Shown in pieces: positions 39,035 to 51,381 of a stretch of 64,000 nt of DNA. This DNA comes from Rubripirellula sp. (GTDB lineage: Bacteria; Planctomycetota; Planctomycetia; Pirellulales; Pirellulaceae): positions 128 to 64,127 of the forward strand of contig JBPCVE010000273.1 of the NCBI GenBank assembly GCA_051010795.1. The letters run 5' to 3'. The notes beneath the pieces were generated by a model. It was not told where the DNA came from and made no database searches. It saw only the letters and a list, made by a program, of their open reading frames with translations. The position numbers and the translations under genes were made by a program. Each line of letters starts with the position of its first letter. Positions within the stretch are counted from its first letter, which is position 1.

Positions 39035-40099
39035 ATGCAATCTTACTGGTTTCCTGCCTTGATCTCTTGCTTGGTGACGGCCCCGATTCATGGAACTGAA
39101 CCACTAGTTCATGTCTCTCTTGCCAAAGAAAATCGCATCGTCACTTATCGTCTCAGCGAGCCAGACGGCACTCTCACCGTGGTTGACAGTGTGACTGTCA
39201 ACGGAGGCCCGGGTGCACTCGCTTATCACCCTACTCTGCCCGTCTTATTCGCCTCGATCCGCACTGCCGGAAATCTTGCCAGTTTCCGCGTCGATGCCTC
39301 GACGGGAAAACTGACGAGTATCAACGAGATCCATGCGGGTGCTGACCCCGCTTATCTACACGTTGACAAGTCTGGCAAATTACTCATGAGCGCGTATTAC
39401 CGCGAGGGAAAAATCCTTGTGCACGCCATCCAGGACAACGGAGCCATCGGCAAGGAACTGCAATCCATCTCCACTGATGAACGCGCACATGCGATCGTGC
39501 CAAGTCGCTCAGGACACTATTGGTTTGTGCCCCACACCCGTCCCAATGCAATTTTCCAATTCGTGCAAAATGCCGAGGCAAAGCCATTGGTTGAGAACAA
39601 GCAACCCAAGCTGTTACGCAATCCCAATACAGGTCCACGACATCTTTGGTTCCACCCAAAACTTGACTTCGCCTACAGCAGCGACGAACAAGGTAGCAGC
39701 GTTTCAACTTATGCATTGGATAACGCGAGTGGAACGCTTAGCCTCCGCCAAACGCTGTCAACACTTCCGGAAACAGCAACTCGTGCCAATAAGAACAGCA
39801 CGTCGGACATCGAGGTTCATCCGTCAGGTCATTTTGTCTACGTAGCAAATCGAGGTCACGACAGCATCGCCAGGTATGCAGTGACCCCTCGCGACGGACT
39901 ACTAGAACGACTTGGGAACACACCAACCGAACAGACAACAAGGTCTTTTAACATTGATCCCAGCGGACGATTTTTGATTGCCGCTGGACAAGACTCTGGT
40001 AACCTTGCGGTATTCCAAATCAACCAAAAAAGTGGCGACCTGAAACGCCTGCACACACTGTTCGCCGGCAAGGCTCCTTGGTGGGTTGTTATTCGCTAA
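39035..40099 (+). CDS. lactonase family beta-propeller (6-phosphogluconolactonase-like), probably secreted
   Basis: AHAI, GPRHLWFHP, SDIEVHPSGHFVYVANRGHDSIA, RSFNIDPSGRFL; N-terminal hydrophobic leader. Confidence 0.88.
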   Translation: MQSYWFPALISCLVTAPIHGTEPLVHVSLAKENRIVTYRLSEPDGTLTVVDSVTVNGGPGALAYHPTLPVLFASIRTAGNLASFRVDASTGKLTSINEIHAGADPAYLHVDKSGKLLMSAYYREGKILVHAIQDNGAIGKELQSISTDERAHAIVPSRSGHYWFVPHTRPNAIFQFVQNAEAKPLVENKQPKLLRNPNTGPRHLWFHPKLDFAYSSDEQGSSVSTYALDNASGTLSLRQTLSTLPETATRANKNSTSDIEVHPSGHFVYVANRGHDSIARYAVTPRDGLLERLGNTPTEQTTRSFNIDPSGRFLIAAGQDSGNLAVFQINQKSGDLKRLHTLFAGKAPWWVVIR

Positions 40100-40177
40100 A
40101 CTGAATCGGCTACAGGCACATTTTTTCAAATGCCTGTATTTCGTTACCAAGTCCAGTTTCACGGTGACGTTGCACAA

Positions 40178-41260
40178 TCAGGAAATCAGCGTATCGCGAG
40201 CATTTCCTTTTGCAATCAGCGCAGCCATTTCAGGATCCAACTGCATCGTTTCCAGCACGAAGCCTTCTTCGGTAGCAAGGGAATCGCTCTTCAGCACCTC
40301 CATCAGATTACGTTCGATGGTGTTGCAGATCGCATCCAGTGGCAGGTGGTCAATCCGTCGGGTATCGAATGGGTTTTGCAATTCCATTCCAATCCGATCG
40401 AGAGACAACATGGGTAGAGCCAACAACATGATGAAGAGCGGGATCAGATAGATCCCATGGTTAAAATCCAGACCACCAACAGAAAAGGCTACTTCGTCCG
40501 CGAACTCGCCTAGCAAGGCAAAGGGTAACGCGACCAAAAACATGAAGATGAATTGACGAACCTGAATTGCAGATGCACGCGCTAGAGGTGTATTGCGAAT
40601 CCGCTCACATCCTCCCAAGTAATCAATGATCATGCTCCGTTGCTGCTCGGCTTGCAAGAACGCATATCGGCTCATTCCGTCCCGCCGTCCCTCACTCAGC
40701 ATCTGGGCAATGATCGTCGCAACGAAGGTTGGCATGTGAGCAGCCTCAGAAACGCGTTTCGCATTCGCCCGCCCTACCAATCTCGATATTTCGGTTAGAG
40801 TGGGGTCCTCTCGCAAACTGCACCGAATCACATGCGGCATGACGGCCGTCCAACGAATGAACTGATTTCGCCATTCGCCGCTGGGTGGTCCGTACGAAGA
40901 TGCGATGACGCCCAGGTTGCGTGATTGGTTGACAATCCCCCCCCACAACTTCCGCGCCTCCCACCAGCGATCGTAGCCAGCATTGGTGCGAAGTACCAAC
41001 AAGAGACCAAGCACAGCACCTGCTGCCGACAGCACACTGGAAGGAATTGCCAAGACCACATCAAAATTTGCCCTCACGACGGTGGCAAAGAGCACGATCA
41101 GAAACGCTAGCGCACCGAACTTGACAATATCGAAGAGAACGCGAGGAAGTGCCGATCCCCGAATCGTCAAAGCTCCCACCCAGAATGAATAGTTCAAAGG
41201 CCGTGGTTCCTCAAGCGATTCAGTTTCGCTTGTTTCCGGAACGTTGTCTGTTGAATCCAC
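40178..41260 (-). CDS. bestrophin family channel
   Basis: LGLLLVLRTNAGYDRWWEARKLWG, GGCERIRNTP, ELQNPF, HLPLDAIC; GTG start. Confidence 0.9.
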   Translation of the reverse strand: MDSTDNVPETSETESLEEPRPLNYSFWVGALTIRGSALPRVLFDIVKFGALAFLIVLFATVVRANFDVVLAIPSSVLSAAGAVLGLLLVLRTNAGYDRWWEARKLWGGIVNQSRNLGVIASSYGPPSGEWRNQFIRWTAVMPHVIRCSLREDPTLTEISRLVGRANAKRVSEAAHMPTFVATIIAQMLSEGRRDGMSRYAFLQAEQQRSMIIDYLGGCERIRNTPLARASAIQVRQFIFMFLVALPFALLGEFADEVAFSVGGLDFNHGIYLIPLFIMLLALPMLSLDRIGMELQNPFDTRRIDHLPLDAICNTIERNLMEVLKSDSLATEEGFVLETMQLDPEMAALIAKGNARDTLIS

Positions 41261-41524
41261 GCTTGCTGACTCTCGAGGCTAGGAACGGAGATCGGTTGTA
41301 TGGAGCACAAGAAGGACCAGCACCCGTCCATCAAGAATGGAAATGCCCCTCCGACTTCGCTGACGCCGTGTTGAGAAGACTGCAAGACAGGGCCTGCATC
41401 CCGTGATCTCACGGCACTCAACACTCCGATATTGTAAATATTCGGACCGGTGGGTCAACGAGCAGCAAGATTGCTCTGATTTGGTAGTGATTTGTTCATG
41501 TCTGCCCAACGACTTGCATCCAGA

Positions 41525-41552
41525 AAAGCTCCGAGCCTAAAGCTCCGAGCCT
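41525..41552. repeat. perfect 14-bp tandem duplication
   Basis: aaagctccgagcct twice. Confidence 0.85.
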
Positions 41553-41877
41553 TCTATTTTATTGACGATCCCGAAATCGCACTGCAGCAATCACAACGAT
41601 CCCGTGGTTCTTCTTAGTGAAGACGAACAATCCTCATTGCCGGACACGTCCATCACTACGAGGACAACTACAAGACAACCAAGCGCCAGCGAGTGAGATG
41701 ATGTCACCTTCGCTGCAATCTTGCAGTTTGCCATTTCCATCGCGACACAACGCCAGCAAGCCGAGCGTTCCCAACATTCAACATCATCATGCATGAGTGC
41801 TCAACAGCAACCACAGTGGCGCAGATTTCGGTAGCCAACGTTTTGAAACGAAGCAGACGCGTAAGAACTGCATCGAA

Positions 41878-42660
41878 TCAGGCGGCTTCGTCGATTGCTC
41901 GCCAGTAGTTCTTGATCCAAGGGGCAGGCAAGGTCGATTTCAGCAATCCACCCTTGTAACCCTCGATGGCTTGATCAGGCAGGGGATACCCGTGGAAGAC
42001 AAGAATTCGCATGTCGACAGGCTCCTGAGGTTCCCGAATCAGATTCAATGGAAAAGTTGGCCGGCAACTACGTTTGAAACTGCGCACCCATTTTTCTGGC
42101 CAGAATTCCAAGTCGTCGCGCAGTGTGTGACTGACATACTGCTGCTCAATCCTGAAATTCTCAAGTGCCCATGCTTCGTTCTCAGCAAAGTGTGAATAAA
42201 CGTATTGATGCTTTTCAGGATTGAAGCGAAAGATGGATGTATTGCCGACTCGCCCATCTCTGCCCGGCAGGTACTTTGCCCTACGCTTTTCCAGCCAATC
42301 CTGAATCACGCAGAATTTACTTGGTGCAAAGGTAAAGAAATCATCCATCGCCCCCGTGATCACAATATCGAGATCGAGAAACAGAGTGTCACCTTGAAGG
42401 TTTGCCAACCCGGGTTGGAACAAGCCAACCTTACGCCAAGTCGAACCACCGGGGCGTCGATCAAACTCAGCTTCGTCGAATGGTGTTACCGGCAGCGGCA
42501 GAGCCTCCACCTCATCACGAAGCCCGGAGGGATCATCGGTCAGGCAGATGAATCGCACAGTCCCCGACAGGTGTTCACGAACTCCTTCGTACAAACGGTT
42601 CACGTAGGCTCCGCCGTACTTCGAACCCCATTTGATGCACAGTATGTTCTTCGTCGTCAT
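41878..42660 (-). CDS. GT-A fold glycosyltransferase
   Basis: ILCIKWGSKYG-YVN, FICLTDD, WRKVGLF, LFLDLDIV (DxD), NTSIFRF, ILVFHGYP. Confidence 0.8.
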   Translation of the reverse strand: MTTKNILCIKWGSKYGGAYVNRLYEGVREHLSGTVRFICLTDDPSGLRDEVEALPLPVTPFDEAEFDRRPGGSTWRKVGLFQPGLANLQGDTLFLDLDIVITGAMDDFFTFAPSKFCVIQDWLEKRRAKYLPGRDGRVGNTSIFRFNPEKHQYVYSHFAENEAWALENFRIEQQYVSHTLRDDLEFWPEKWVRSFKRSCRPTFPLNLIREPQEPVDMRILVFHGYPLPDQAIEGYKGGLLKSTLPAPWIKNYWRAIDEAA

Positions 42661-42965
42661 GACAAAGCGTCTCCACAGGCGAATTTTAGAAGATAGACAC
42701 GGTATAGTCCCTAAATTCACGATTTCGACCAAGACCAGTTTTCTGAGTTCACTCAGCGCGATTCAAGTCGGAAAAAACGGCAATTCACAACACTCTCTGT
42801 GAATGCAGCCTGCATAAAAACACCAGCGTGATGAAAATTCACTTCATCTTGCTCGTTAGAGGTGGTTCTATTTCCACCGTGAACTGACGTGAAACACGTT
42901 GATCAGCAAGCCGACACAGCACCGTCTGCAAATGCCAGAATTGAGTCTGACCCTGGTAATCGAAA

Positions 42966-44312
42966 TCAAGAATTCCGGTCATCCAATATCGGCACCTCAA
43001 AACCCTCAATGACATTCTCAAGCAAATTCAAACGCTCCACCGAAGCCGCGATACGAATTCCACGCCGCATCGCAGAGCCCCGTGTCTCACGAATGGTATT
43101 TCTAGCAACCAGAGTATCCTTGGTGTTACCAAGGATATCGATCGCGATGCCACTCTCTTCGCCGCTGTCGATGATCCGGTTATTCTCCAACACATTACGA
43201 TTGGCCCAAAAGTCCTGACCACGGGAATCATCGCGAAACAGCACACCCACCTTTCCGCTTCGCGTGATATCGTTGTCTCGCATCACGTTGTCAGTGTCGT
43301 TGTGGCCGATCGACATTCCCTGCGACCGATTCCCATGCATCTGATTCTGTTCCGCAAGTCCATGCTTGACGCCCCAGCACCAAAACAGCCCGATGTTGTT
43401 GTCTTCCAGCAGGTTCCCCCGCATGATTGGTCGCTGTGACCCGGAACCAGGATGCAAACCATTACCTTGATTGCCATGAACATGACACTTTTCAACATGA
43501 ACATCATGGCAAATCTGGAAACTGATACCATCGCCGTTGTAATTGCGTGATTCGACATTACGAATATGAAATCGTTTGCAATCCTGCAGAAATATGTTCC
43601 CTCCATAATTGCCGTTCAAGTTGGCGTTGTTAGCACGATTCCCATCGAGGCACAGGTTCTCGATGAGAACATCAGCACAATTTTCGCTGGTCAAAAGCGG
43701 AAACAGTGACTCGCAAGTTGGCTTTTCACTCGTCCATAAATTCTTACGTAATCCCTCGTTCAATTTGAACCGGTTACCTGCTCGCGCAACAAGTGTTCGC
43801 TTGATGACTTGGGCACCACCGTGGTGCGGATTTTTTCCGACGAGAGTTACTCCATCCCCAATTCGAAAATCAGCTGCCGCTGCCAACGTGATTTCCTGAT
43901 CGTACCAATCGGAATCTGCGGCCAGCGTTACTTTTTGTGATGGAATTTTGGTCAGAACAGTTTCCATTCCAGATCCTTCCAGATGGATCCCCGATGGCAA
44001 GTGAATTGAATTACGCAGCCGATAAACCCCCGGACCGATCTTGACGGTGCCACTTCCCAGTCGCGCGACGTAATCCACAGCGGCTTGAATCGCCTTGTCG
44101 TCCTGCCCTACGACATCGCCCTTTTTCTGCCCCACAGTGATGGTCAATTGGTCAACCCAATCAACACGCTCGCGGTCATCACCATCAACTGCTCGATTTC
44201 CGGCCGTTTCATCTTGGGGAACCATCGCTTTGAGTCGCTTCCCGCCGGTCAGAAAACCGGCGCCAAGACAGGCAAGCATGTTTCTTCTGGAAACTGGCAT
44301 CATCGAAATCAT
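42966..44312 (-). CDS. Tat-exported right-handed parallel beta-helix protein (pectin-lyase-like fold)
   Basis: SRRNML leader; AIQAAVD...GTVKIGPGVY; repeated N/G-rich PbH1-type turns. Confidence 0.85.
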   Translation of the reverse strand: MISMMPVSRRNMLACLGAGFLTGGKRLKAMVPQDETAGNRAVDGDDRERVDWVDQLTITVGQKKGDVVGQDDKAIQAAVDYVARLGSGTVKIGPGVYRLRNSIHLPSGIHLEGSGMETVLTKIPSQKVTLAADSDWYDQEITLAAAADFRIGDGVTLVGKNPHHGGAQVIKRTLVARAGNRFKLNEGLRKNLWTSEKPTCESLFPLLTSENCADVLIENLCLDGNRANNANLNGNYGGNIFLQDCKRFHIRNVESRNYNGDGISFQICHDVHVEKCHVHGNQGNGLHPGSGSQRPIMRGNLLEDNNIGLFWCWGVKHGLAEQNQMHGNRSQGMSIGHNDTDNVMRDNDITRSGKVGVLFRDDSRGQDFWANRNVLENNRIIDSGEESGIAIDILGNTKDTLVARNTIRETRGSAMRRGIRIAASVERLNLLENVIEGFEVPILDDRNS

Positions 44313-44594
44313 CCCACAGAGCGAAAAAGGTTGAAACCTGCTGTTTCAGCGAATCTGGCAGCATCATCACGCACTTGCTAGTTTACCTTCCCCAAAGTCC
44401 TTCGGGTCAAAGTACACCGCCCCAGCAAAATTCGTCCGTCTGCGATGTACCGAAAAGGTCATTCCAGAATCAATTTGTCAACGCAGACTCGATATCGTTT
44501 CAGTTACAATAAAAACCCGCCCTTCGTATTCAGAATCAAGCTGATGCTCTGAAACGCAAATCCCACCAAGCCTCCCTTCACAGATCAAAGCGAG

Positions 44595-47500
44595 ATGTAC
44601 GGATTACTCTCCCGCGTTGCCAAACGATGCGCATGGCTCACAAGCACTGCGTGCTTGGCTCTGGTTCTATCTCCGAATCGGCTCCCCGCTCAGCAGTCTC
44701 CCAGTGCGTTCAACACACAACCAGTGAGCGCAACGGCTGAAATTTCTTTCAAAAAGGTTGCCTTACCTTTCCTGAAGACTCACTGCTATCGCTGTCACAA
44801 CGAACAGGAGCGTGAATCAGGAATACGGGTAGACCAACTTGATGGCGATCTTCCCGAAGCCTCATTAAAACTTTGGGAGGAGATCTCAGAACAGATCGAA
44901 ATTTCAGCCATGCCGCCCGAAGAGGAACCACAGCCTACTGCTGAACAACGCAAAGCAATGACCCATTGGATCAGCAATGCGTTGCACGAGGCTCGTTCAA
45001 GAACAAGGCCTGTAAATGGATCCGTCCGACGCCTGACAGTTCAACAGTACAAAAATGCTTTGCGCGAACTGCTTGGCGTGGAAGAAGATTTTGCGGCTTC
45101 TTTGCCTGCTGATGGAGTTTCTCGGGATGGATTCACCAACGATTCGAACACCCTGTTGACCTCGCCGTTACAAGTAGAAGCATGGTTCAACATCGCCGAA
45201 AAAGCGGTCGATGCCTGTTTGGTCGATGAAGCGTCCCTACCATCAATCCAGAACTTCCGAATGGACTTGGGTAAGTCGATCAATGCAGAACCCTTTGGTG
45301 AGTCCTTAATCCTTGGAGCCAACAGTCGCCTGTTGCCAAACCAGGACTTCAAAATCAGCGAATTGGATGCAGACAAACCATTTGCGTTCAAGCCGTTTCG
45401 CATGCAAACAAAGTATCGATTCAACGAAGGTTATCAAGGCAACGGCACGGTGCGAGGGTGGCGGGATTACGACAGCATCTACCACGCAGTATTCGCATGC
45501 ATGAGAGGTGACGGCGGTTACCCCAAGGGCAGTCCCTACCGGACGGTCAAAAATGGTCTGCTATTACGCCCCTCGATTCCCACCACTGAAATTTTCCGAG
45601 AATCAAGTACCTATGGCCCCAAGGCAAACTTCAAAATCGCTTTGAGAGAGCTCCCCGAAGACGGTAGATTCAGAATCCGCATCAAAGCCGCAAAATACAA
45701 GGACGGACTGTTACTTACCGGCCGTGGATTTGAGGCAGCAGATACGCAAAACGATAATTCGTCGAACGTCAGGCAAATCGTATACAACACCGACCAACAG
45801 GATTCCACCCTGAAAATTGATGAGTCTGGCATCTATCAAATCGACGTGCATCCAAAACCGCTCGAGGAACCAATCGATGCGGCGCCCGACAACACCCGAC
45901 TTTCCGAAGGCCTGATTGGACACTGGTCATTCGAGGGTGATTCCCCGGGGACATCGACTACAGGTAAGCACGTTGGCACGCTGAGTGATGGCACCAAAAC
46001 CGTCAACTCGCCCATCGGCAAGAACGGCAAGGCGATCAGCCTAGATGGATCGAAAGCTTACGTTGTCGTGCCAAGAGATGATTCCATGAACGTCGGGGCA
46101 GGAAACTTCACGGTGTCGGCATGGATCAAACCCACCCAACTGCGGCAGAGCGGCATCGTCTGTCTGGGACGCTACAACTGGACCCATGGTTGGTATTTCG
46201 ACATGCCTAACAATGAAGGCGTGCTGCGTATCGAAACCGTCTCTCCAGAAAACAAAAGCAACGGAACCGTTTCATCACGGCCGGGAGTCATACAGGTCAA
46301 TCAGTGGCAGCACGTTGCAGCAGTCGTGCGTCGTGAAGAGAATCAAACCCACCTTTATGTCAATGGCTACAAGGTGGCTTCGGGGACCGTTGCTGCAACC
46401 AACCTCGATAACCCATCAGTCGACCTGCACCTTGGTCGCATTCAAGATGCCCAGCTATTCAAGGGACAAATCGACGAAGTAAAACTCTATCGGCGTGCCT
46501 TGGAACCTGCTGAATTGCAGGCGTTGATGGAACCAGGCCGACCAATCGTCAAGCAACCGCCACTCAGTGGAGCTCAACAGCTCGATCTAACCTTGGACGA
46601 TCGAGTGTTCAGCTCAAAACTGAAAAAGGGTGAATCCGCATTTCTGGCGGTTCGGATTCCAGCCGGAGATCACCAACTGATTGGCAATGCGGGCAAGGAC
46701 AACGCGAAGCTGGGCCGACTTGTCCTCACCCGATTGGCTGAAGATAGCCGTCTGGCAAGCGAGTTCAGGAAATTCGAGAGTCGAAATCCGAACCTTGGCG
46801 TCTACATGGGACTGCGTCGGGATTGTGGTCACACCTGCTTGCTGGTGCAGCAACCCCAAGTGGTTGCCAACACCGATTTGCAGAGCTACGTCTTTGAAGG
46901 CTCCATCAACAATTACCCGAGACCGTTTGTCGAAAAAGGAAACGATAACTACTTGGCGGGTGTGCGTGAAATTACCGTTCGAAATGAGTACACCGACGGT
47001 CGGGACATGCCACGACTACGATTAGCCTCAGTTGAGTTTGAAGGCCCACTGTATGATTCCTGGCCACCCGCTTCACATCAGCGGATTTTCATCCCAAGTG
47101 AAAATCGAGAAAATCGCGACGTCTATGCAAGGGAGATCATTCAGGAATTCGCCAGCCGAGCTTTCCGCAGACCAATCACCGAAAAGGAACTGCAACAATT
47201 AGCACAAACCTGGAAAACTTTTTATGAGGTCAACGAGGACTTTCAAGAAAGCATCAGGGAAACCCTGGTCGTCATTTTGACATCACCATCATTTCTTTTC
47301 ATTGTTGAACAGAGCGATAGTCCGCAACCAGAAGATCTGAATCCAATGGAACTTGCTTCAAAGCTTTCGTTTTTTCTATGGAATGGGCCACCTGATAACC
47401 GCCTCATTGGTTTAGCCCGCTCTGGAAAGCTCAAACAGAGCCTGAGTTCAGAAGTCATTCGGATGGTGCAGGACAAACGCTTCGGCAACTTTGCAGATCA

Positions 47501-48320
47501 GTTTGCAGCGGAGTGGCTTAGCATCGACAAGTTTGACGTGGTCGAAACGGATCGAAAGCGTTATCCGCGACTGACCTCAACGGTCAAGCGCCAGATTCGT
47601 CAGGAACCTGCCAGATTCCTGCAATACCTTTTCCAAAAAAACCTGCCGGCTGAAAACCTGATTCGGTCGGATTTTGTAGTCGTCAATGAGATCATTGCCA
47701 ACTATTACGGACTCGGTGACCAGTCTGAAAGCGGGTTTGAATTTGTTCCCTTGAAACATCAACAGCCACATCTTGGTGGCATTCTTTCCCAGGCTGCGGT
47801 CCTGGCCGGACTCTCAGATGGCAAAGAAGCCAATCCTGTCAAACGCGGTGCGTGGTTTGCCAGAAAGATCATCGCCGAACCACCTGCCGATCCCCCACCC
47901 AATGTGCCAGAACTGAAAGATGAAAGTGGTCTCAGCCTGCGTGAACGCCTGCAACAACACCGCAACGTCAAAGGCTGCGCCAAGTGTCACCAAGGCATTG
48001 ATCCTTGGGGACTCGCCTTTGAACAATATGATGCAGGAGGACTGTTTTCAAATGATCGCATTGATGCCACATCAAAGCTGCCCGACGGACATGAAGTTCA
48101 TAATTTGAACGATTTACGGGACCATCTCGCCAACAATCGAATGGACAGCATTGTGTACAGCGTCGTGCGACACCTTTCCGTCTATGCCATGGGACGCAGC
48201 CTGACGTACAATGAGGATCGCGTTCTGAAGCAACAGTGTTTAGAATTAAAGGCGAAGAACTACGGGATGCTTGACATCATCCAGTTTGTCGTCGCGAGTG
48301 ATTTGTTTCTCAAGAAGTAA
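44595..48320 (+). CDS. DUF1592-family diheme protein (planctomycete cytochrome c, DUF1587/1595/1592/1588/1585) with a LamG insert
   Basis: [19 protein letters not shown], LamG-like FTVSAWIKP...WQHVAAV...LYVNG...[48 protein letters not shown]. Confidence 0.92.
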   Translation: MYGLLSRVAKRCAWLTSTACLALVLSPNRLPAQQSPSAFNTQPVSATAEISFKKVALPFLKTHCYRCHNEQERESGIRVDQLDGDLPEASLKLWEEISEQIEISAMPPEEEPQPTAEQRKAMTHWISNALHEARSRTRPVNGSVRRLTVQQYKNALRELLGVEEDFAASLPADGVSRDGFTNDSNTLLTSPLQVEAWFNIAEKAVDACLVDEASLPSIQNFRMDLGKSINAEPFGESLILGANSRLLPNQDFKISELDADKPFAFKPFRMQTKYRFNEGYQGNGTVRGWRDYDSIYHAVFACMRGDGGYPKGSPYRTVKNGLLLRPSIPTTEIFRESSTYGPKANFKIALRELPEDGRFRIRIKAAKYKDGLLLTGRGFEAADTQNDNSSNVRQIVYNTDQQDSTLKIDESGIYQIDVHPKPLEEPIDAAPDNTRLSEGLIGHWSFEGDSPGTSTTGKHVGTLSDGTKTVNSPIGKNGKAISLDGSKAYVVVPRDDSMNVGAGNFTVSAWIKPTQLRQSGIVCLGRYNWTHGWYFDMPNNEGVLRIETVSPENKSNGTVSSRPGVIQVNQWQHVAAVVRREENQTHLYVNGYKVASGTVAATNLDNPSVDLHLGRIQDAQLFKGQIDEVKLYRRALEPAELQALMEPGRPIVKQPPLSGAQQLDLTLDDRVFSSKLKKGESAFLAVRIPAGDHQLIGNAGKDNAKLGRLVLTRLAEDSRLASEFRKFESRNPNLGVYMGLRRDCGHTCLLVQQPQVVANTDLQSYVFEGSINNYPRPFVEKGNDNYLAGVREITVRNEYTDGRDMPRLRLASVEFEGPLYDSWPPASHQRIFIPSENRENRDVYAREIIQEFASRAFRRPITEKELQQLAQTWKTFYEVNEDFQESIRETLVVILTSPSFLFIVEQSDSPQPEDLNPMELASKLSFFLWNGPPDNRLIGLARSGKLKQSLSSEVIRMVQDKRFGNFADQFAAEWLSIDKFDVVETDRKRYPRLTSTVKRQIRQEPARFLQYLFQKNLPAENLIRSDFVVVNEIIANYYGLGDQSESGFEFVPLKHQQPHLGGILSQAAVLAGLSDGKEANPVKRGAWFARKIIAEPPADPPPNVPELKDESGLSLRERLQQHRNVKGCAKCHQGIDPWGLAFEQYDAGGLFSNDRIDATSKLPDGHEVHNLNDLRDHLANNRMDSIVYSVVRHLSVYAMGRSLTYNEDRVLKQQCLELKAKNYGMLDIIQFVVASDLFLKK

Positions 48321-48369
48321 TTCTTGCCATCCAAAACCTGTAACTCGTCCCGCCCCGAAAAGAGACACA

Positions 48370-49710
48370 ATGTTCCACCCAGCCCAGATCAAGCGACGTT
48401 CAGTCCTGCAGGGAATCGCAGGTGCCGCATTGGCACTGCCTCCCTTGGAAGCGATGGGTAGCGAGGTCACCGACCATTCACCGAAACGCTTTTGCGCCAT
48501 CTACACCGCCAACGGCATGTCGTTACCAAAAACTGGCCACGACATCAATGAATGGAGCTGGTTCCCAACCAAGGAAGATGCGGGCAATTTTGTGTTCGGA
48601 GAATCCACACTGCCCTTGAAGCCGTTCCGAAACCATCTCAGCTTCATGGGTGGCCTGTACCACGAAAACGGCGTCAAAGCTGACCCACACACCTGCTCGG
48701 ACATGTGGCTGACAGGCGCCCCACTGCACGATTCGACTCGAGATACGTACAACACCGCCGGGCTCGATCAAGTCATCGCCCAACACACCAAGCAGCACTG
48801 CCGGCAGCCTTCGCTGGTACTTTCGATCGATGCAGGAGTCGGATTCCTGTCTCGAACTGGCACCATTTCCTATGATCTTCAAGGTCGTCCAATTCCTGCC
48901 GAGAACAGCCCACGGCGAGTCTTTGATCGCTTGTTCAGGGTTGACCAGACGTCCCTCAAAGCACAACGCAAAAAGTTGCAGGCAAAGATCAAATTGGTCG
49001 ATGCGGTTCTTGAAAGCTCACGCAAGTTCAATCAACAACTCGGTGCTGCAGACCGTCGAAAGATGGACCAATACCTTGCTTCATTGAACGAGATTGAATC
49101 ACGCCTGATTGCTTCAGAGAAATGGATTGACATTCCTGTCAAAGACCAAGACCACTCGCATCTGAATCTTGACGTCAGCAAAGAAGATGACCCGCGTGAA
49201 TACTATCGAAACATGTTCGATTTGATTTCACTGGCGTTCGACGCGGACATCACCCGCAGCGTTGCCTTCATGTTGAATCGTGAAGACGGCATGGGAATCA
49301 GCGACACGTTTCCGCTCAAATTGGGACTGAGCAGAACCCACCACCAGTTGTCCCATGCCGGCGACAAAGCCGGGCAATTGGACTTTGCCAAATACGACCT
49401 TTTCCTAAGCGAACAAATCGCTGGTTTCATGAATCGACTGCAACAGTACAAGGATGTCGATGGGACGCTGCTGGACAATACCGTGCTACTGTACGGCAGC
49501 GGTGCCAGCACAACCCACTGGTCAAAAAATCTGCCAACACTGGTCGCGGGAGGATCCAACATGGGTCTGCAACATGGCCAGTACTGGCGGCAAGGCGAAA
49601 CCCGGATGGCGAATTTGCACCTCAGTATCCTACGCTCAATGGGCATTCAGGTGGACTCATTTGCTGACAGCACCGGCATTCTGGAAAATTCCATTTTCAG
49701 CAACGCTTGA
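48370..49710 (+). CDS. DUF1552 family protein (Tat signal)
   Basis: KRRSVLQG...LPPLEAM leader; [54 protein letters not shown]. Confidence 0.92.
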   Translation: MFHPAQIKRRSVLQGIAGAALALPPLEAMGSEVTDHSPKRFCAIYTANGMSLPKTGHDINEWSWFPTKEDAGNFVFGESTLPLKPFRNHLSFMGGLYHENGVKADPHTCSDMWLTGAPLHDSTRDTYNTAGLDQVIAQHTKQHCRQPSLVLSIDAGVGFLSRTGTISYDLQGRPIPAENSPRRVFDRLFRVDQTSLKAQRKKLQAKIKLVDAVLESSRKFNQQLGAADRRKMDQYLASLNEIESRLIASEKWIDIPVKDQDHSHLNLDVSKEDDPREYYRNMFDLISLAFDADITRSVAFMLNREDGMGISDTFPLKLGLSRTHHQLSHAGDKAGQLDFAKYDLFLSEQIAGFMNRLQQYKDVDGTLLDNTVLLYGSGASTTHWSKNLPTLVAGGSNMGLQHGQYWRQGETRMANLHLSILRSMGIQVDSFADSTGILENSIFSNA

Positions 49711-49808
49711 TGTCACGCCGTTACGGTTCGCTTCGAGTTCATCTTTCGGGCACCACCTCACAGCCAACTCCGCATTTCCCTCCTTCCTTTGCTGTCACCA
49801 CCACTGCC

Positions 49809-51098
49809 ATGCGACCATTCAAAAGCACCCTGTTCCTGACCCTTCTGAGCATTGTATCCACCAACCTTGTATCAACCGCCCACGCGGATTGGCCCAGCTG
49901 GCGAGGTGCGGATGACACGGGCAGCATCGCGGAAGGTGATTACCCAGGTGAAATCAGCGACCAGACCATACGCTGGAAGACTCCGTTACCTGGCAAAGGC
50001 TGCTCAACGCCGATCGTGGTGAATGAAACCATTTATTTGACGGCTCCCAAAGACGGGAATGATTCCCTGCTGGCAGTTGACTGGGACGGCAAAGTCAAGT
50101 GGACCACCTCCTTTGGCCCTGAAGTCAAAGGCAAGCACCGAAATGGATCAGGTAGCAACGCTTCACCCGTCAGCGATGGTGACGCCATCTATGTGTACTT
50201 CAAGAGCGGAACATTCGCGGCGGTAGAACCTGACGGTGAAATCCGCTGGCAAACCAACATCGTAGAACGGTATGGCAAAGACACACTGTTTTGGGACCAC
50301 GGAACGTCCCCCGTGCTCACCGATCAACACGCAATTTTGGCGAGAATGCACAACGGTGAATCGTGGCTGGCAGCCTTCGACAAAAAGACTGGCGAACTTT
50401 CCTGGAAAGTATCACGCAACTATGAAACACCAGTGGAATGTGACCATGGCTATACATCCCCCCTGGTGATTCAACATGAGGGTAAACAGGCATTGCTGGT
50501 CTGGGGTGCCGAGCACGTGACCATCCACGATGCAAAAGACGGTAACACTCTGTGGTCGTGCGGCGGCTTCAATCCCGAATCAAAAAAGCTGTGGCCAGCC
50601 ATCGCAATGCCCGTCATTGTTAATGATGTAGCGGTGATTGCCTTTGGCAGAAACGACCGCAAACTGCCTTTGATGTTTGGAGTCCGACTCGACGGCAGTG
50701 GTGACGTCACCGCAACCAACCACCTCTGGCAGCGTGACGATATTTCAACTTTCGTTCCAAGTCCCGTTGCTTACAAGGGGCGTGTGTACATGGTCCGTGA
50801 CCGTGGAGAGGTTGAGTGCATTGATCCAGCGACTGGCAAGACGATTTGGAGCGACGCCTTACCCAAGGGTCGTGCTTCCTATTATGCCTCCCCAATGATT
50901 GCCAATGGCATCCTGTATGCGCCTCGCGAGGACGGCACATTATTTGTTGCCAGTGTCAAAGATGATCAGTTCAAACTGATCTCGGAAAATGAGATGGATG
51001 AGCCTGTGATTGGCTCTCCCGTCCCTGAACAGGGCAATGTCTTCATTCGTGGAGAAAAGCACCTGTATTGCATCCAAGCCACTTCTGCCAACCAATAG
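49809..51098 (+). CDS. PQQ-binding-like beta-propeller protein (BamB-like repeats), secreted
   Basis: Signal peptide ending AHA; DWPSWRG, STPIV, SPV repeats, AFDKKTGELSW, RGEKHLYCI. Confidence 0.88.
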   Translation: MRPFKSTLFLTLLSIVSTNLVSTAHADWPSWRGADDTGSIAEGDYPGEISDQTIRWKTPLPGKGCSTPIVVNETIYLTAPKDGNDSLLAVDWDGKVKWTTSFGPEVKGKHRNGSGSNASPVSDGDAIYVYFKSGTFAAVEPDGEIRWQTNIVERYGKDTLFWDHGTSPVLTDQHAILARMHNGESWLAAFDKKTGELSWKVSRNYETPVECDHGYTSPLVIQHEGKQALLVWGAEHVTIHDAKDGNTLWSCGGFNPESKKLWPAIAMPVIVNDVAVIAFGRNDRKLPLMFGVRLDGSGDVTATNHLWQRDDISTFVPSPVAYKGRVYMVRDRGEVECIDPATGKTIWSDALPKGRASYYASPMIANGILYAPREDGTLFVASVKDDQFKLISENEMDEPVIGSPVPEQGNVFIRGEKHLYCIQATSANQ

Positions 51099-51381
51099 CC
51101 TGGAAAGACACGGTTCCCAGGTGAGTGAATCGAACTTGGGAAGATCACCCGACGGATTGCACCCGCGCGTGAGACAACTCGCAGAAAGTGCAACCTTTTA
51201 CCCCGGTTGCAGATGTTTTGAGCAACTAGCAGGCTGCGATTTACAGTGTGGCGAAAGCCTGTTTGATGTATACTCAAATGCCCACCCTTTGGCTGCGATG
51301 CATCGTCTCTGATACCCCGCGGCTGACCTTGCCCCACCAACCCAACCGTCTACTTTGCGTTTTCCCTTCCCTCGGTCTGCC

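Noticed and set aside
9488-41552. Short repeats as CRISPR arrays, REP elements or IS target-site duplications
   Set aside because: Units are directly adjacent with no spacers, share no sequence with each other, and no cas or transposase genes are present.
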